Assembly (NCBI RefSeq): GCF_006345805.1
Contig: NC_043000.1
Span: forward strand, 87,048,001-87,112,000
Direction: 5' to 3'
From: Octopus sinensis
Lineage: Eukaryota
DNA length: 64,000 nt
This document shows, piece after piece, positions 15,416 to 29,838 of the stretch (positions are counted from its first letter, which is position 1; each line of letters starts with the position of its first letter). The position numbers were made by a program, and so were the translations under genes. The notes beneath the pieces are model-generated. The model was not told where the DNA came from. It saw only the letters and a list, made by a program, of their open reading frames with translations, and ran no database searches.

Positions 15416-15902
15416 GGCAAATTCACTGCAGTTGCCGCGAGGAAAAAATTCTCTGTTATGGTAAAAGGGTGTAAAGCATCACATCTGTCCAGTGGTGCCC
15501 CCTGTCGGATTCCCAGACGCCTTCCTAGCTCTTTAGCTTTTATCAATGGGAAATACCGAAGAGAGGCAACTCTGGACAGACTTAATTAAAGCCGTAGCTT
15601 TAATTAAAACACAGCCACTATTGTGGCAAAACGCTTTTACACCGTTTTGCCATAAGAGAGAAATTTTTCTCGAAGGTAACTGCAATGAATTTACCTTTAG
15701 AAGTTGAAATATGGCACAAGCATATTTCAACTAACCTAAATGTTGCTTATGCCTAAATACTGCTTGGCGTTAATACTGCTGCAATACATATACACATTAA
15801 CAAGAATATGAAACTACTGTAAACGACTGGAATAAATATCTAATCTCTCACAACACTTTTATCTGTTCTATTACCACACACACACTCATACATATATATA
15901 TT

Positions 15903-16110
15903 ACACAGCTCCCATGACTTTCGGAAACACTTTTTCACGCTCAGGGTTGCTGAAGCGTGGAATAAACTGCCTGCGTCAGTTGTTGACTGCCATGACACTG
16001 CATCCTTTAAGGCCCTCATGCTTTCCGAAATCCGCCGAAACTACACCTGATTATATATACACTTTAGATGAGTTGTAGTGCACCTGAGCACTGTACACAA
16101 TTATTAATTA
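15903..16110 (+). mobile_element. CR1-clade LINE 3' end
   Basis: HSSHDFRKHFFTLRVAEAWNKLPASVV...SFK is the canonical CR1 ORF2 C-terminus. Confidence 0.8.
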
Positions 16111-16619
16111 TTATATATGTATGTCTTTGTTTAGAGAATAACATGATTTATTGGTACAAATTTGACATGTTTCGTTTTGCCCTGCTGGTACGGTGTGACA
16201 TGCGAGTGGATGTTGTATGGAGTGTTGGATGATTTTAATATTCAAATAGGGAAATCGTGGTTTTCTTATTAGGGTTATTGAAGTAGTGCGTGGTGGCTAA
16301 ATCTAATGTTGAAGGACTAAGAGATTAGTCTGCTATATGAGAAAGAAGAATTAGAAGATGGATAGGGAAGACGAAGAGATAAGTGGGCAGACAGAATGGT
16401 TCGAATGACCAAGGAAGATAAAATAGGAAAATTACTATGTGGTTTTAGTATGTGCAATATACTACTTCCTAACCAAAATATTTATTAAGTATAGACTTGA
16501 TGGTTGATTAGGAGATATCTGTGTTCATATTTAAAAATTAGTGGCAATTGTGATTGGGTGGGGAATTCTTTTTTGCAAAAGTTAAAAGAATATTTTAACC
16601 ACAGAGGTTTTTTTATTTG

Positions 16620-16836
16620 TATCAAGTCATCCCATAAGGTCTGTCCGATTTTACCTTTGTTAAAATTGAATGAAATTTAATAGTATTTTAGAATGTCTAA
16701 TGGAATTAAAAATCATTTTTATGCATGTGTACATTTAAACTAATTAAATATTTTACATAATAATACAATTAAAATATTTTGATTAAAACCCTTTCTAACA
16801 TGGAAGTATCCAAAGATCATTTCGGGCACATTTTTT
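16620..16836 (+). mobile_element. mariner 5' end fragment (same family as 40236-41420)
   Basis: TA + TIR TCAAGTCATCCCATAAGGTCTGTCCGA, leader nearly identical to 40251-40410, and ATGGAAGTATCCAAAGA start. Confidence 0.88.
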
Positions 16837-17585
16837 GTAACTAAACACTTTCAAACTTCGGACACTGGTAGAATGTGTCATATAAAACATCTTTTACTTT
16901 TAGTGTTGTTGAGAAAAGTTTGTATTTTCAAAGTTATTTCGTGTTAAAGTTGTCGTATTTCGGTAATTTCAAGCAATCAATGACGTGTATTCAGCTGAAT
17001 AAAATTATTGCTGTTGTTTGTCAACAACAACTTCCGGCGGTGTATATTTCGTTTGTCACTGTTATTTATGACACATTTCATCTCAGTTACGTTTGTATGA
17101 ATAAGCGTGTGTATAAAATTATAGAATTATTTTGTTTGTTAATTGTTTATATTATTTTCCATTGCTTTCGTTTTAGCCTTTCGTTTTTTTTCTTAAGCAA
17201 TGGAAAATAGTTTAAACAATACACGTGTATCTCAAAACAAAAACAAAACGAATAATTTTAGACACGCGTAACAATTAAATTAATTTAACAATTAAGAAAA
17301 AAAACAACCGAAAGGCTAAAATTTAGGGTTAGGGTTAGGGTTAGTGTTAGGGTTAGGGTTAGGGTTAGTGTAGGGTTAGGGTTAGGGTCAATGACAGGAT
17401 GTTGTCTCAGTTTTAGACGCAGCAAATGACTTTAGCTAAATAGACGCCATCAATTGGTTAAAATTCGAAAAATTAAACTACGTTAAACTTATAAATTACA
17501 ATTTACTCAAGAAAGCCAAAAGAAAAAGAATGTTTCATTTTGACACATTCTACCAGTATACGAAATTTAAAAGTGTTTAGTTAAC
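16837..17585. mobile_element. non-autonomous TIR element (~750 bp) with internal telomeric-type array
   Basis: TIRs 16839-16880 and 17541-17582 (AACTAAACACTTT.AAA.TTCG...ACTGGTAGAATGTGTCA), with weaker similarity extending inward. Confidence 0.75.
17323..17387 (+). repeat. (TTAGGG)n array, 11 units (two TTAGTG variants, one TAGGG)
   Basis: Direct reading. Confidence 0.97.
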
Positions 17586-17629
17586 TAGAAATTGTGTTGA
17601 AAACTGCCGTTCAAAAGGAAAGGATCCCA

Positions 17630-17990
17630 TGATTGTTCTTCTTTATAACAATAGTGTCATCGAGATTTTTCTGGAAAGGTTTAGAGATTAACTTTCGCAT
17701 TTTTTAAAATATTATGTTTTTTTCAGTTATATGGAAATCTTTTACGAAGGATTGAATAAGAAAGTTAATAGAAGTTTGTGTTGTTTTCGATCTGTAACTG
17801 TATGTTGGTTGTGCGGTTAGTTGATTTTTTTCTCAAAGAAATAAATTTTGTATCATTCTTTTAATGAAGTTTTCTTTCTTCCGCATTAAATCTTTTAGGT
17901 AGGCTTTCGTTGGCGGCATTGATATATTCTAATATATTGATACATTTTAAAATACTGGTCTATTTAAAAATCGGGATATATTTTAAATAG
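17630..17990 (-). mobile_element. Penelope-like element N-terminal fragment, decayed
   Basis: Minus translation KAYLKDLMRKKENFIKRM and RKVNL*TFQKNLDD resembles Neptune-type ESFIKRMRW...FRKVNN.FQ..L. Confidence 0.45.
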
Positions 17991-18129
17991 TGACTGGAAT
18001 TTCGATGTGCTGCATTGCTGCATCTCTTGTATGACAAGGGTTACATTGTCTAATGTGTATGCAGAACGGTTGAATGGTTAAGAAGTTCGCTTCTTAACCA
18101 CGAAAATCTGGGTTAATGCAGCATTTTAT

Positions 18130-19560
18130 GGAAAGTGCGGAAAGGTAGGTAAGAGGACAGACCCCTGTGGTAACCTATTCGGAAATTTTCAAGTTTTGGA
18201 ATAGTTGGTCATGTAGCCTGGTAAGTCATTTGCTAACCAAAGTTTTGTGTTGTTCTTAAGGTGGTTTTCAGTATTTTTTGTGCAATCAAAAGCTATGCTA
18301 ACATCGATGGTAGTTAGAATGGTGTATGTAACAGTTATTTGTTGTTGAGGAGATCATGTTTTTTTGTGTTAGGTTTGAGAGTAACATGATGGGGTTGATT
18401 GTAATGGTCTGAATCTGTGTTGCGATGTTGAGAAATGGGATGTGTGGGTTAGTTATGTCCAAAAGTAGCCTTTCAAGGATTTTTAGGTAAGTGATGGTCT
18501 GTATGGCTTGACCTAGCCTTTAGCTATGTTATTTCTCTATCTTTCATATTCTAGAAATTAGTGTAGATGTTGGTAAGTAAAGTGAATTCTTCATTCTGAG
18601 GTATATTAGGCATATGTTTGTGATTTTCTCTGTCCCTGAGGTTTTGTTTTATGGGTATCTGAGGGACGGAGAGATAGAAACCGTAGTCTATGTGGAAAAT
18701 GTGTATTTTTTGTTTTGTTTCTGCCTTCTTTGAGTGATTTTGATGGTTAATTTTCGAAAAACTCTCTAAGCGTAGGTATTTTACATTCAACACACTTATT
18801 GTGACAGGGAGTGCTGTGTTGTTTGACCGTTGTTAATAGTACTGTTAATTTATATTGTGGCTTATAGTAAATTTTATGCTTTATGCTGGATACAGAAATT
18901 TATCAATTTTCTGTTTTTGTACGACCAACTTTTTGTTATTTATTTGTTAAGTTATTTAAAATAGAATTTTATTCCGGATGTGTGATTTTGGTTTATTGTG
19001 TCAAAGGTTGTCCCTAGTTAATATGAGGTTAGCTGTTTTTGGTGAGTAACAGAGGTTTTCTTTGTGGTTTAGTGAGATGTGACTTTTTTGAATCATTTGT
19101 AATTATCTTCGTGAATGTATTTTCTACAGTGTCTCTGTTGGTGATCGTGGTATTGAATTCTGAAAACCTTGATTCTGTATCCAGATGAAATTTCTTCAAT
19201 TGTATCCTTTTGAGGTTTGTAAAAGTGTTTGCTTTCTTCATTAATGTACGACTCATTTGTGATAATAGTTGATAAGTGATCCGAAGAAAATTGGAAAATG
19301 TTTCTTAAGTGGTTATGTTAGATAAGTGTGAAATAGAATGTGATGTATGGAGAAGAGCCGTTCAATCTGAAATGGAAAATGCGAGTGTTTTGATAATTGC
19401 TTAGGATCTAAAGGAATTTTGCTTGCGTTATCTCTTGTGTTATCCATGTGGTTTGAAATCCGGATGTTCCCTAGATTGAATTCTCAACCAATTATGGTGT
19501 ATAAATGGGGTGTGTACCTTGATCGGCCGATTGGTGAGTTTTGGTAGTGGTCTACATGCT
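18130..19560 (-). mobile_element. APE-type LINE fragment (I/Ingi/Jockey-like): end of EN, linker, RT start
   Basis: SDHLSTII, TFTNLK, KILERLLL, TIDVSIAFD, LPQGSVL in broken frames. Confidence 0.65.
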
Positions 19561-20099
19561 TAGTATATCAACGTGATTCGTGTTATTTGTTTTTAATTTG
19601 AAAGCCTATATTTATAATGTGCTGTCATTTCAATTCACGAACGCTATTTGCGATGTTAATATACTGGATGCAAGAATTTATGTGTATTATACGACCACAA
19701 CTATTTAGGAAGTGTCTGTTCAGTTTGATTTATGAATATTTTGGAAATATAATTTATGTTCTAGATATACATATATTTCCTGAGTTATTGTTGCGTGAAT
19801 GTCATCGTGAATGTCGTGAGTGATGATAAAATGCTTTTGTTTCCTTGATAACAGCTTTAATGCCAAAGTTAAATTGCAGAACTCTTAGATTTTTTGTCTC
19901 TTTTTTGCAAAAGTTATTATTTTTTTTATGTGAAACGTTCATTTAAAATCATTTAATGGGAACATATGACGTTGAGATGGAGATAACATTGGCAGTTTAA
20001 TATTTATTGTTGTTGCTAACAGTGCTGTTATTTTCTCCATTGTATTTTTCTGTATAATTTGTAAATATTATTTGGTTATGCTTGTGGATTTTGAAGATT

Positions 20100-21300
20100 T
20101 TCTAAGGCACCTATGTGGGTGTCTCAGAGTTCATTGTATGTAGCTTCGTTGCGACTGCCCTTCTCCCACGGCTTTCGCGCACGTTTTGAGAAATATCTCT
20201 TTGTGACGAGTACATACTGGTCGAGAGTCTTCTAGCTGGGACTTTCTTCTCTTCTTTTCTGACATATATTCAATTGTAGCTATTATTTTATCTTGTATAT
20301 TAATGTATCTATCCATTCTCAATTCGTGCCGGCAGATTCAATTGTGAATATGTTGATCGTTGTTGTATTTCGTCATCGGAGAACATCCCCACATGCAACT
20401 CATTGATGTAAGGAGACTTTGAGACACCTCAATATTTTGATCTTATTGTGTGTCTCTTCAGTCAAAGCTTCCCTCGAATGAATACTGGCTAGAAATCAAT
20501 AAACAAATTATTTGCTGATGCGAGCTGATGTCTTCCAAACGGATAATAATTCATGGGCCTGAAGGCGGCGAGCTGGCAGAAACGTTAGCACGCCGGCCGA
20601 AATGCTTAGTTGTATTTCGCCTGTCTTTACGTTCTGGGTTCAAATTCCTCCGAGGTCGACATGCCTTTCATCCTTTCGGGGTCGATAAATTAAGTACTGG
20701 GGTCGGTCTAATCGACAGGTCCCCTCCCCCAAAATTTCGGGCCTTGTGCCTTGAGTAGAAAAGAATAATTCATGAGCTTGACGCAAACAGCGAGAATCCA
20801 AACAGTCACGTATCTCTTCGTTCTCAATATCTACAGGTAGATTCGAATGTAAATTTGCGGACGAGTAGAATTTGTTGTAGATTTGATTTCAGTTCCTTGC
20901 AAGACACGATGCTATCGATGTGTTGAATGTTATGATAATGATGGTCATGAAGTTGAAAATTTGTGAATTTTATCAATTCTTTTTATAATAGCATTCGACT
21001 GTTGTTGTCTACAGAAAATAGACACACTACACAGAAAGTAGAATAAAATTCCCTGTTTGACAGCCATTTTCTTAGGTAACGAAAAATGAGATGATGTCGA
21101 AGCTGTTTAAATTATGTGTTTAAGATATGGTAAAATCTCGTATCAGTAATTTTTAATCCCTTCTATATGGCCAATAGAAAGATTTTCAAGGGGTTTTCGA
21201 TAGCATTGGTGTAAATCTTAATTTAAACGTAACGATCAAACGAAGTGACATGAATACTTATGCGTCTTCGGTTGTAATATTAATACCGGAAATGGTGTAT
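20100..21300 (-). mobile_element. highly decayed RTE-like remnant, interrupted by a SINE
   Basis: Weak motifs AVKQG, HV..F.DD...YSQL and DSRPV...KAVGEG. Confidence 0.3.
20564..20765 (+). mobile_element. SINE (type E)
   Basis: GGCGGCGAGCTGGCAGAAACGTTAGCACGCC...GTTCAAATTCC...GCCTTTCATCCTTTCGGGGTCGATAAA. Multiple copies occur in this window. Confidence 0.85.
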
Positions 21301-22100
21301 TGTTATCAGTGTAAGCTACGATCGTCGCGTTATGGAAAGTATTTTGTATGATTCAGTCTGAATTACGCTATTGTATTTTTAGTAAACGCTGTTTCTCTTA
21401 TTTACATCAGAAAAAAAATCCGATTACAGACCTCAGATGAATTAGCTCAACACAATTGTTGAAGAAAACAATTAAACATACGTTTTAAACGGTTCTCTAC
21501 GCCTACATTGCTGTTAACAACGATGCCATCTTGTATGATGTAAGGATGCATACTTTTGTGTTTATTCACGTATACATGTATCTCTTTAAGCTTGTGCGTA
21601 TGCTTGTATGTACATGAATGCGTGAGTGTGTATGTATGTATGTATGTATGTAGTTATGTGTGAAAACTCGAAAAGCAGTGGATTCAAAGCACCAATAGAA
21701 AATACAATAATGCAGAAATGTCACTTCTTTGTAAGATCAAAAGCTGGGCTCATATTGCACGTTCGTCGCTACGGGCGCTCTTGTAAATAGTTGCACATTG
21801 AAATACATGATACCTCTTTGATAATAAACTCGGTAGCGGCGTGTGAAACTCTATTCAATGGAAAAAAAAGTGGATCAGATCTCCCCACCACACTTACACA
21901 TATCATATACACACATATATGCATACAGATGTATAATTGTTTGCATGTGAGTGAATGTGCCTGCGCGCGCGCGCGTGTGCGTGCGTGAGTGTGTGTATGT
22001 GCGTGTGTGTGTGTGATGCATACATGACACACATCCCTGAACTACAAAGAAAGCATGAAAAGGCTTTTCCAGAGAATATATCAGAGTAATAATAGTAACA

Positions 22101-22102
22101 TG

Positions 22103-22144
<42 letters not shown>

Positions 22145-22149
22145 GTTAC

Positions 22150-22219
<70 letters not shown>

Positions 22220-22385
22220 CATTATTATTATTATTAATAATGACGATGATGATGATTATAATGACGCTGATAATGATAGTAATGATGATGATAAAGATGA
22301 CTTTTTTTTATCCTTTTAATAATGAATGCAAAAAAAGAGAAGGCGGGTATCTTGGAATGGAAATAAGCAGGAAAACTTAAAGCAT

Positions 22386-22462
<77 letters not shown>

Positions 22463-22479
22463 GTATAATAATAATAATA

Positions 22480-22530
<51 letters not shown>
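22101..22530. repeat. (ATT)n, (CTA)n, (AAT)n microsatellite cluster
   Basis: Direct reading. Confidence 0.95.
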
Positions 22531-22532
<2 letters not shown>

Positions 22533-23036
22533 GCTCACATGGCTTCTGATCTTAACTGATTGAAAGTGTTATTATGTACATGTTTTGTCTTGGTATAAGA
22601 AGATGGGCTACAGCTAATATTCTGCTTAGTACCACAGATTTGCATATCAGCTGTTTGACCTTGACCAGTCGAGCATGTCCCTTAGTGGCTGACAATATGT
22701 GCATCTCTGACCACGAGTAGAAGTAGCGGGGAAGTATCATACCCATATGTTAAAAGGAACTTTTTGGGATTTGAATAATTCACCCTTGGGAACATGAGTA
22801 TTTCGTTCATCATCGTTAAACAAACCTTATTCAGGAACCTTTTGAGCAGAATGGGCTACTCGAGTTGAAGATTATTTTACTGGGCCCCACTTGTATGGTC
22901 ATGCGCTGTTTATCTTGATATGAGGCCACCAGGTTGCACATATATGGTTGTGATCCATGTGCCTGGTGGGTATATTGGGCTTCGTATATTTGTATTCCAG
23001 TGTTATGCACTGATGTTATGCATAACTCCCTCACTC

Positions 23037-23088
<52 letters not shown>

Positions 23089-23092
<4 letters not shown>

Positions 23093-25721
23093 TAAAATTT
23101 GGGCAGAAGAAAAAAACACACAACGAAAAGACCCCCTGGATTGATAGAATATCTACAGAACTGGACTCCTTAGAAGAGCAAAAGTGGGAGGGTGTCAAGG
23201 TAGAAAATATAAGATTTGCTCTCAGGAGGTCAAGCAAATGGAAGTCTCCAGGAAAGGATAAAATTCCTACTTCTGGTTGAATGCCTTCCCAGAGAGCTAT
23301 GAACTGCTAACAGAACTTTACAATGATGTTTTGCAACACCCTAGTAGGATGCCTCCTTGGCTAGTTAATGGGTTAACATTCCTGCTTCCAAAAGGTGAAG
23401 AAACAAATGAACCAAAAATCTATAGACCCATAACCTGCTTAACAACTATGTATAAAACGCTAACATCTGTCCTGACGGAATATACCTATAGTTTTTTAAC
23501 AGACAGCAGCATATTCCCTAATGAACAGAAAGCATGTAAACGTGGATCCTATGGTTGTAAAGATCAACTACTCATCAATAAGATGATCTTAGAAGATTGT
23601 CACAAACGACACAAAAACTTATCAATAGCCTGGATAGACTATAAAAAGGCTTTTGATAGCCTACCACATGGCTGGATTAAGAAATGCCTGGAAATGTATA
23701 AAATAGCACCTACTCTACGAAACTTTTTGTCTGTAAGTATGATATCATGGAGAACCACACTAACTTTGAACAGTAACAATGAATCTCTAAATGCTGGTGA
23801 AGTAAAAATTTCATGTGGCATTTTCCAGGGTGACTCACTATCACCACTCCTCTTTTGTTTAGCCTTAATACCTCTCAAAATTGCTCAATGACGCGCAGTA
23901 CGGATATAAAATGTTTGATAAAAATATAAATCATCTCATTTACATGGATGATTTAAAGCTCTTTGCAAAAAATGACCAACAACTCAAGGGCTTACTAGCG
24001 ATTGTTAAACAATTCAGTGATGACATCAGAATGCAATTTGGCCTCGATAAATGTACAAAAGCTACCTTTATCAAAGGAAAAATGACAGAAACATCTAACG
24101 TTAACCTTGACCAGCAGAATGTCATAAAAGAATTAGACCCAGCGGAGAGCTACAAGTACCTAGGGGTAATTGAAGGGGACGGAATAAGGCATTCAGTGAT
24201 GAAGGAAAGGATCAGGAGAGAATGTTATCGCAGAGTAAGAGCAATACTCAAGACAGAGCTGAATACGAGAAACAGGATCGAAGCGATCAATGCATTAGCC
24301 ACACCAGTCGTGACTTACAGTTTCAATATCGTTAACTGGTCAATTACTAAAATATGTAATCTTGACAGAAAAATACGAAAACTATTGACAATGCATAGAA
24401 CGCACCACCCTAAGGCAGATATAGAACTACTTTATCTGCCAAGAAAAGAGGGAGGCAGTGGACTTTTACAACTGGCAATAACAATGAAGATTGCTACAAT
24501 TGGCCTAGACACCTACCTGAAAAACTCTGAGGACTGGATGTTAAAACTTGTCTCAAAGCATGAAAACAAGACAGCATCATACTCAGTAACAAAACAGGCA
24601 AAGGAATATCTAAGTGAATTCCAAATACAACAAATTTCGGAATTAGACATACAAGAAACAAGCACAGAAAAAGCTAAGCGCATGAAAACCCGTGCTAAAA
24701 CTGCTGCCTTAGATATTCTGAATGATAAATGGCAAGAAAAACCTCTCTATGGCAAATACCCAAAGAGAGCGAATAATACAGATGTTGACAAAGCCCTGAC
24801 CCATCAATGGCTAATGGCCTCTGGCTTAAAATCTGAAACAGAAGGGTTTATCATAGCAGCTCAAGATCAATGCTTACCAACAAGGAACTACCAGGCCAAC
24901 ATATTAAAGAACGGCAGTAGCCCAACATGTCGTGTATGTCAAGAACAAAATGAAATCATTGATCATGTTGTCTCCAAGTGCAGTCTTCTAGCGCCTACAG
25001 AGAATCTCAACAGGCATGATAGAGCTGCACAATATATTCACTGGGTAATTTGCAAAAGCCTGGACTTGCCACATGATAAAAACTGGTGGGAACACAAACC
25101 ACCTCCATTGCTTGAAAATGACCACATCTCACTCCTCTGGAACTTCACCATTCAAACTAACAGAAAGATAGATAGATGCAAATAGGCCAGACATCATATT
25201 GAAAGACTTCAGACAAAGAACATGCCTCCTCATTGATATGACTGTCCCAATCGATATAAACGTATCTGTCAAGACCTACCAAAAACTGAGCAAATATAAA
25301 GATCATGAAATAGAAATCAGCAAAATGTGGAACCTGAAGACTAAAACAATACCTGTTGTCATAGCTGCCCTGGGAATGATAGCAAAAGGGGCTGATTGCT
25401 ACCTAACTCAGATACCAGGAAACCCCAAAATGGCAGAAATTCAAAAGATAGTGCTCATGGGAACTGCTTATATCCTACGCAAAATACTTTCTATGTAATC
25501 TCAAGTTTTAAAACAAACATAATTTTCGTATGGTTTTTTAGACATTCACTAGTACAACACTAAGTACAAAACCAAATATATGCCCCCCCCCAGGCATAAC
25601 ACCAACATGAACTTCCAACTTGTCTCTTGAGGTCTTTGGGTGAGACTTGGAGCCAACTTGTACAAATATAAAGCAAAAGTCAAACTTGTACAAATGTGAA
25701 GCAAAAGTCAAACATAGAATG

Positions 25722-25722
<1 letters not shown>
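23089..25722 (+). mobile_element. R4/Dong-clade non-LTR retrotransposon (RT + CCHC + restriction-like endonuclease), 5'-truncated, ~3 frameshifts
   Basis: YRPITCL, DYKKAFDS, GIFQGDSLSPLLF, YMDDLKL, YKYLG, CRVC...HVVSKC, RHD, RPD, LIDMTVP, K..KY. Stop at 25498, 3' UTR follows, and (AAT)n flanks both sides. Confidence 0.95.
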
Positions 25723-25812
<90 letters not shown>

Positions 25813-25815
<3 letters not shown>

Positions 25816-26160
25816 TAGACTACCGTAATCCATTGGTACCCGAAAAACCGCGTATCTCGGGAATCCGTGGTTCGATTTATGCGAATATTCACATGAGCAT
25901 CCGACTCATGACGTCTTCTGCTTTTCTCTTTTTCCCTCTGTTTCGCCAGATGCTCAACTCTTCAAGTGTCCGATTTCTGATCTCTCTTGCTTCTGTCTCT
26001 TTCTCTCTGTTCCGTCAGACACTCAGCTCTTGCTTTATAAGTCTCATCGATCCTTCTATTCCCATGCCTGTCCCTATCTTGGGTAAATATTTCGTAAATG
26101 GCTCGTTCGTACTTCGGTGTGAAATAATTTTTTCCACAGTTTTTTTTCGAGTGCATTAGA
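25813..26160 (+). mobile_element. putative non-autonomous Helitron-like element
   Basis: ACTAG start followed by a (GACA/GATA)n tract. A 60-bp segment recurs inverted at 27038-27097. Confidence 0.3.
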
Positions 26161-26176
26161 CAGACAGACAGATAGT

Positions 26177-26252
<76 letters not shown>

Positions 26253-26264
26253 TAGATAGATAGT

Positions 26265-26850
<586 letters not shown>

Positions 26851-27498
26851 CTTAGATAGATGGATAGATAGATAGAAGTAATATTGTAAGAAATGAAAAT
26901 CTTATCTTGAAATCAGGAACTGTTGCTGTACGTCATATTAATGTTACCGCCACCAGTGGTGGATTTAGTGCTGGGCGTGCTAGAAATAGCAGCCAAATTT
27001 TTTGATGTGAGATACGTTGAATGCAATCGAAAGAAACCTATGGGAAAACAGTATTTCACACCGAGGTTGCGAACGGGTCTTTTACGAAATATTTACCGTA
27101 TTTTTAAAGTCATTTTCACTTTAAAATATTTTACCCATCATAATGTCTAATGGAAAGGTTAGAGTTTCTTCCCTTTCAGGATTGTTATTTTCGGGGTATT
27201 TCTCCATTGTGCACCGTTTTGGGTATTTATACCCCAAAAGCCGAATATTTCAATAACCACTGGTCCGATTTACACGAAACTTGTTTTATTCCGTTTGTAT
27301 TCACACTTCAGTGGAACTTTACTTTCAAAGTATTTTGCTATTATGCGCCGGTTAGGCTGCGTAACATTGCAAGCAAGAATCAAGTTCATTTCTAAAGTAT
27401 TATAAATAATAATAATCATAATTCTCTGTACTACAGACACATGGCCCGAAATTTGACTGCAGAGACGATTATATTGACCCCAGTTTATTATTATTATA

Positions 27499-27613
<115 letters not shown>

Positions 27614-27632
27614 TATTATTATTATTATTATT

Positions 27633-27728
27633 CAGTAGTTTTATTTTTATAGCGTGCTTTCACTTCACTACAGAGCGCAGCTCTGTGTGTCTTGGGTATG
27701 TGCTGTGATTTGTTGTGATGCTCTGATG

Positions 27729-27794
<66 letters not shown>

Positions 27795-28095
27795 TAGTCT
27801 TATTTTTATCACGTGGTTTCACCTAGCGCAGCTCTGTGTGCTGTTGTTTGTTGCGGTGCTCTTATTCTCACTGTATTGAAAGCGTTTTACGTAGGATGTG
27901 TGCAGTGCGTAGTAGTGGTATTTTCTGTATGCAATATACACTTCGAAGTCCTGGAGTTTTGTTATATATTTGTCTGAATGTATTTTTATATCATACCTAA
28001 TGCGCCTACTACAATAGAAATTGTTTCTGCTTTTAGGCTCCACATTCGAGTTACCACTATTTCCAGATCTTTGTATTTTGAAAGTTCCGCTGTTT
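27633..28095 (-). mobile_element. R4/Dong 3' fragment (second family) with duplicated 3' tail
   Basis: LSKYKDLEIVVTRMWSLKAETISIVVGALGMI. The tail ...ACTACTGAA(TAA)n is repeated at 27633-27730 and ~27790. Confidence 0.75.
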
Positions 28096-28096
28096 C

Positions 28097-28207
<111 letters not shown>

Positions 28208-28230
28208 TATTATTATTATTATTATTATTT

Positions 28231-29095
28231 GTTTGGCTTTTGCATTTGTACAAGCTGACTCTGAGTCTCACCCAGAGACCTCAAGAGACAACAAGTTAGA
28301 AGTTCAAGATGGCGTTATGACTAGGCTGCGATATATTTGGTTCTTCACAGAGGATTGGTCTAGAGAATATCTATCAAAATGTAAATAAATTAGAAATTTG
28401 TTTTAAAAGTGATTTGATTATAAGATGATAGTGTGATATTAAGATGACAGTTAAAGGTATTTGCTGTTATGTACATTTAAAAGTATTTTGACACTGTTTG
28501 CGGATCAAAATATTTTTGAGATTACATAGACAATATTTCTCATGAAATATTGTCTATGTAGTTCCCATGAGCACTATTTTTTGGAATTTCTTCCAGTTTT
28601 GGATTTCCTGGTATCTGAGCCAGGTAGCAATCAGCTCCTTTTGCTATCATTCTTAGGGTACCTATGACAACAGGTATTGTTTTAAACTTGCGGTTCCACA
28701 TTTTGCCAATTTTTATTTCAATTTTTATACTTGCTTAGTTTTTGTTACGTTTTGACAGACACGTTTATGTTGATTGAGACAGTCATATCGATGAGGAGGC
28801 ATGACTTTTGTCTGAAGTCCTTCAATATAATGTCTGGCCTGGCCTATTTGCATCTATCTTTCTGTCGGTTTGAATGGTGAAGCTCCAAAGAAGTGAGCTG
28901 TGGTTATTTTGAAGCACTGGAGGTGGTTTGTGTTCCCACCAGTTTTTATCATGGGGCAGTGAATATACTGTGCTGCTCTATCATACTTGTTGAGATACTC
29001 TGTAGGCGCAAGAAGACTGTAGGTGGAGACAACGTGATCAATGGTTTCACTTTGTTGTTTACATACACGACATGTTGCGCTACTACTGTTGTTTA
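28231..29095 (-). mobile_element. R4/Dong 3' fragment, same family as 23089-25722
   Basis: Reverse complement aligns with ~24900-25720 (TTGTCTCTTGAGGTCT.TGGGTGAGAC; TGGTGGGAACACAAACCACCTCC). Confidence 0.85.
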
Positions 29096-29104
29096 ATATG
29101 TTTA

Positions 29105-29401
29105 AAAAGTTGAGAGATATGACAGGTTAGCTTGGGAAGTTAAGCAGTTGTGGTCGATGAAAAAGGTAGCAGTAGTACCTATAATTGTCGGAGCACTGGG
29201 AACAATGAGCAAAAGTCTCGAGAAGTACGTGGAACAAATAGAGGTTGCAATAAGGGTGGATCACTTTCAGAAAACAGCACTGCTTGGAACCGCTCGAATA
29301 TTCCGGAAGGTGCTCGAAAAATAATAGGTGTTACCTTTGTTCACTGGTAGTGAAGAACTGACACTGTAAAACATCTCCAGCTTTAGAAGCTGTGGAAAGG
29401 C

Positions 29402-29402
<1 letters not shown>
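29105..29402 (+). mobile_element. R4/Dong 3' fragment (third family)
   Basis: KVERYDRLAWEVKQLWSMKKVAVVPIIVGALG...QKTALLGTARIFRKVLE*, ending in (AAT)n. Confidence 0.85.
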
Positions 29403-29490
<88 letters not shown>

Positions 29491-29528
29491 TATAATAATA
29501 ATAATATAATAATAATATAATAATAATA

Positions 29529-29563
<35 letters not shown>

Positions 29564-29640
29564 TAATAATAATAATAATAATATAATAATAATAATAATA
29601 ATAATATAATAATAATAATAATAATGATCATAATAATAAT

Positions 29641-29838
29641 AATCCTTTCTACTATAGGCACAAGGTTTGAAATTTGGTGAAGGGGTTACACTGGCCCCAG
29701 TGTTTCACTGGCACTTAATTTATCGACCCCGAAAGGATAAAGGGCAAAGTCGACCTCGGTGGAATTGGACCTCAGAACGTAGCGACGGGCGAAATACCGC
29801 TAAGCATTTCATTCAGCACGCTAACGATTCTATCAGCT
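29641..29838 (-). mobile_element. SINE (type E)
   Basis: Reverse complement of the 20564 family. Confidence 0.8.

Noticed and set aside
15415-15730. Two overlapping minus-strand ORFs after the Tx1 truncation
   Set aside because: No recognisable protein family, so left unassigned.
16130-16560. Possible I-clade LINE 3' end (LGHS...)
   Set aside because: Similarity is too weak to support by eye.
17323-17387. True telomere or chromosome end
   Set aside because: The array is short, internal and enclosed by TIRs.
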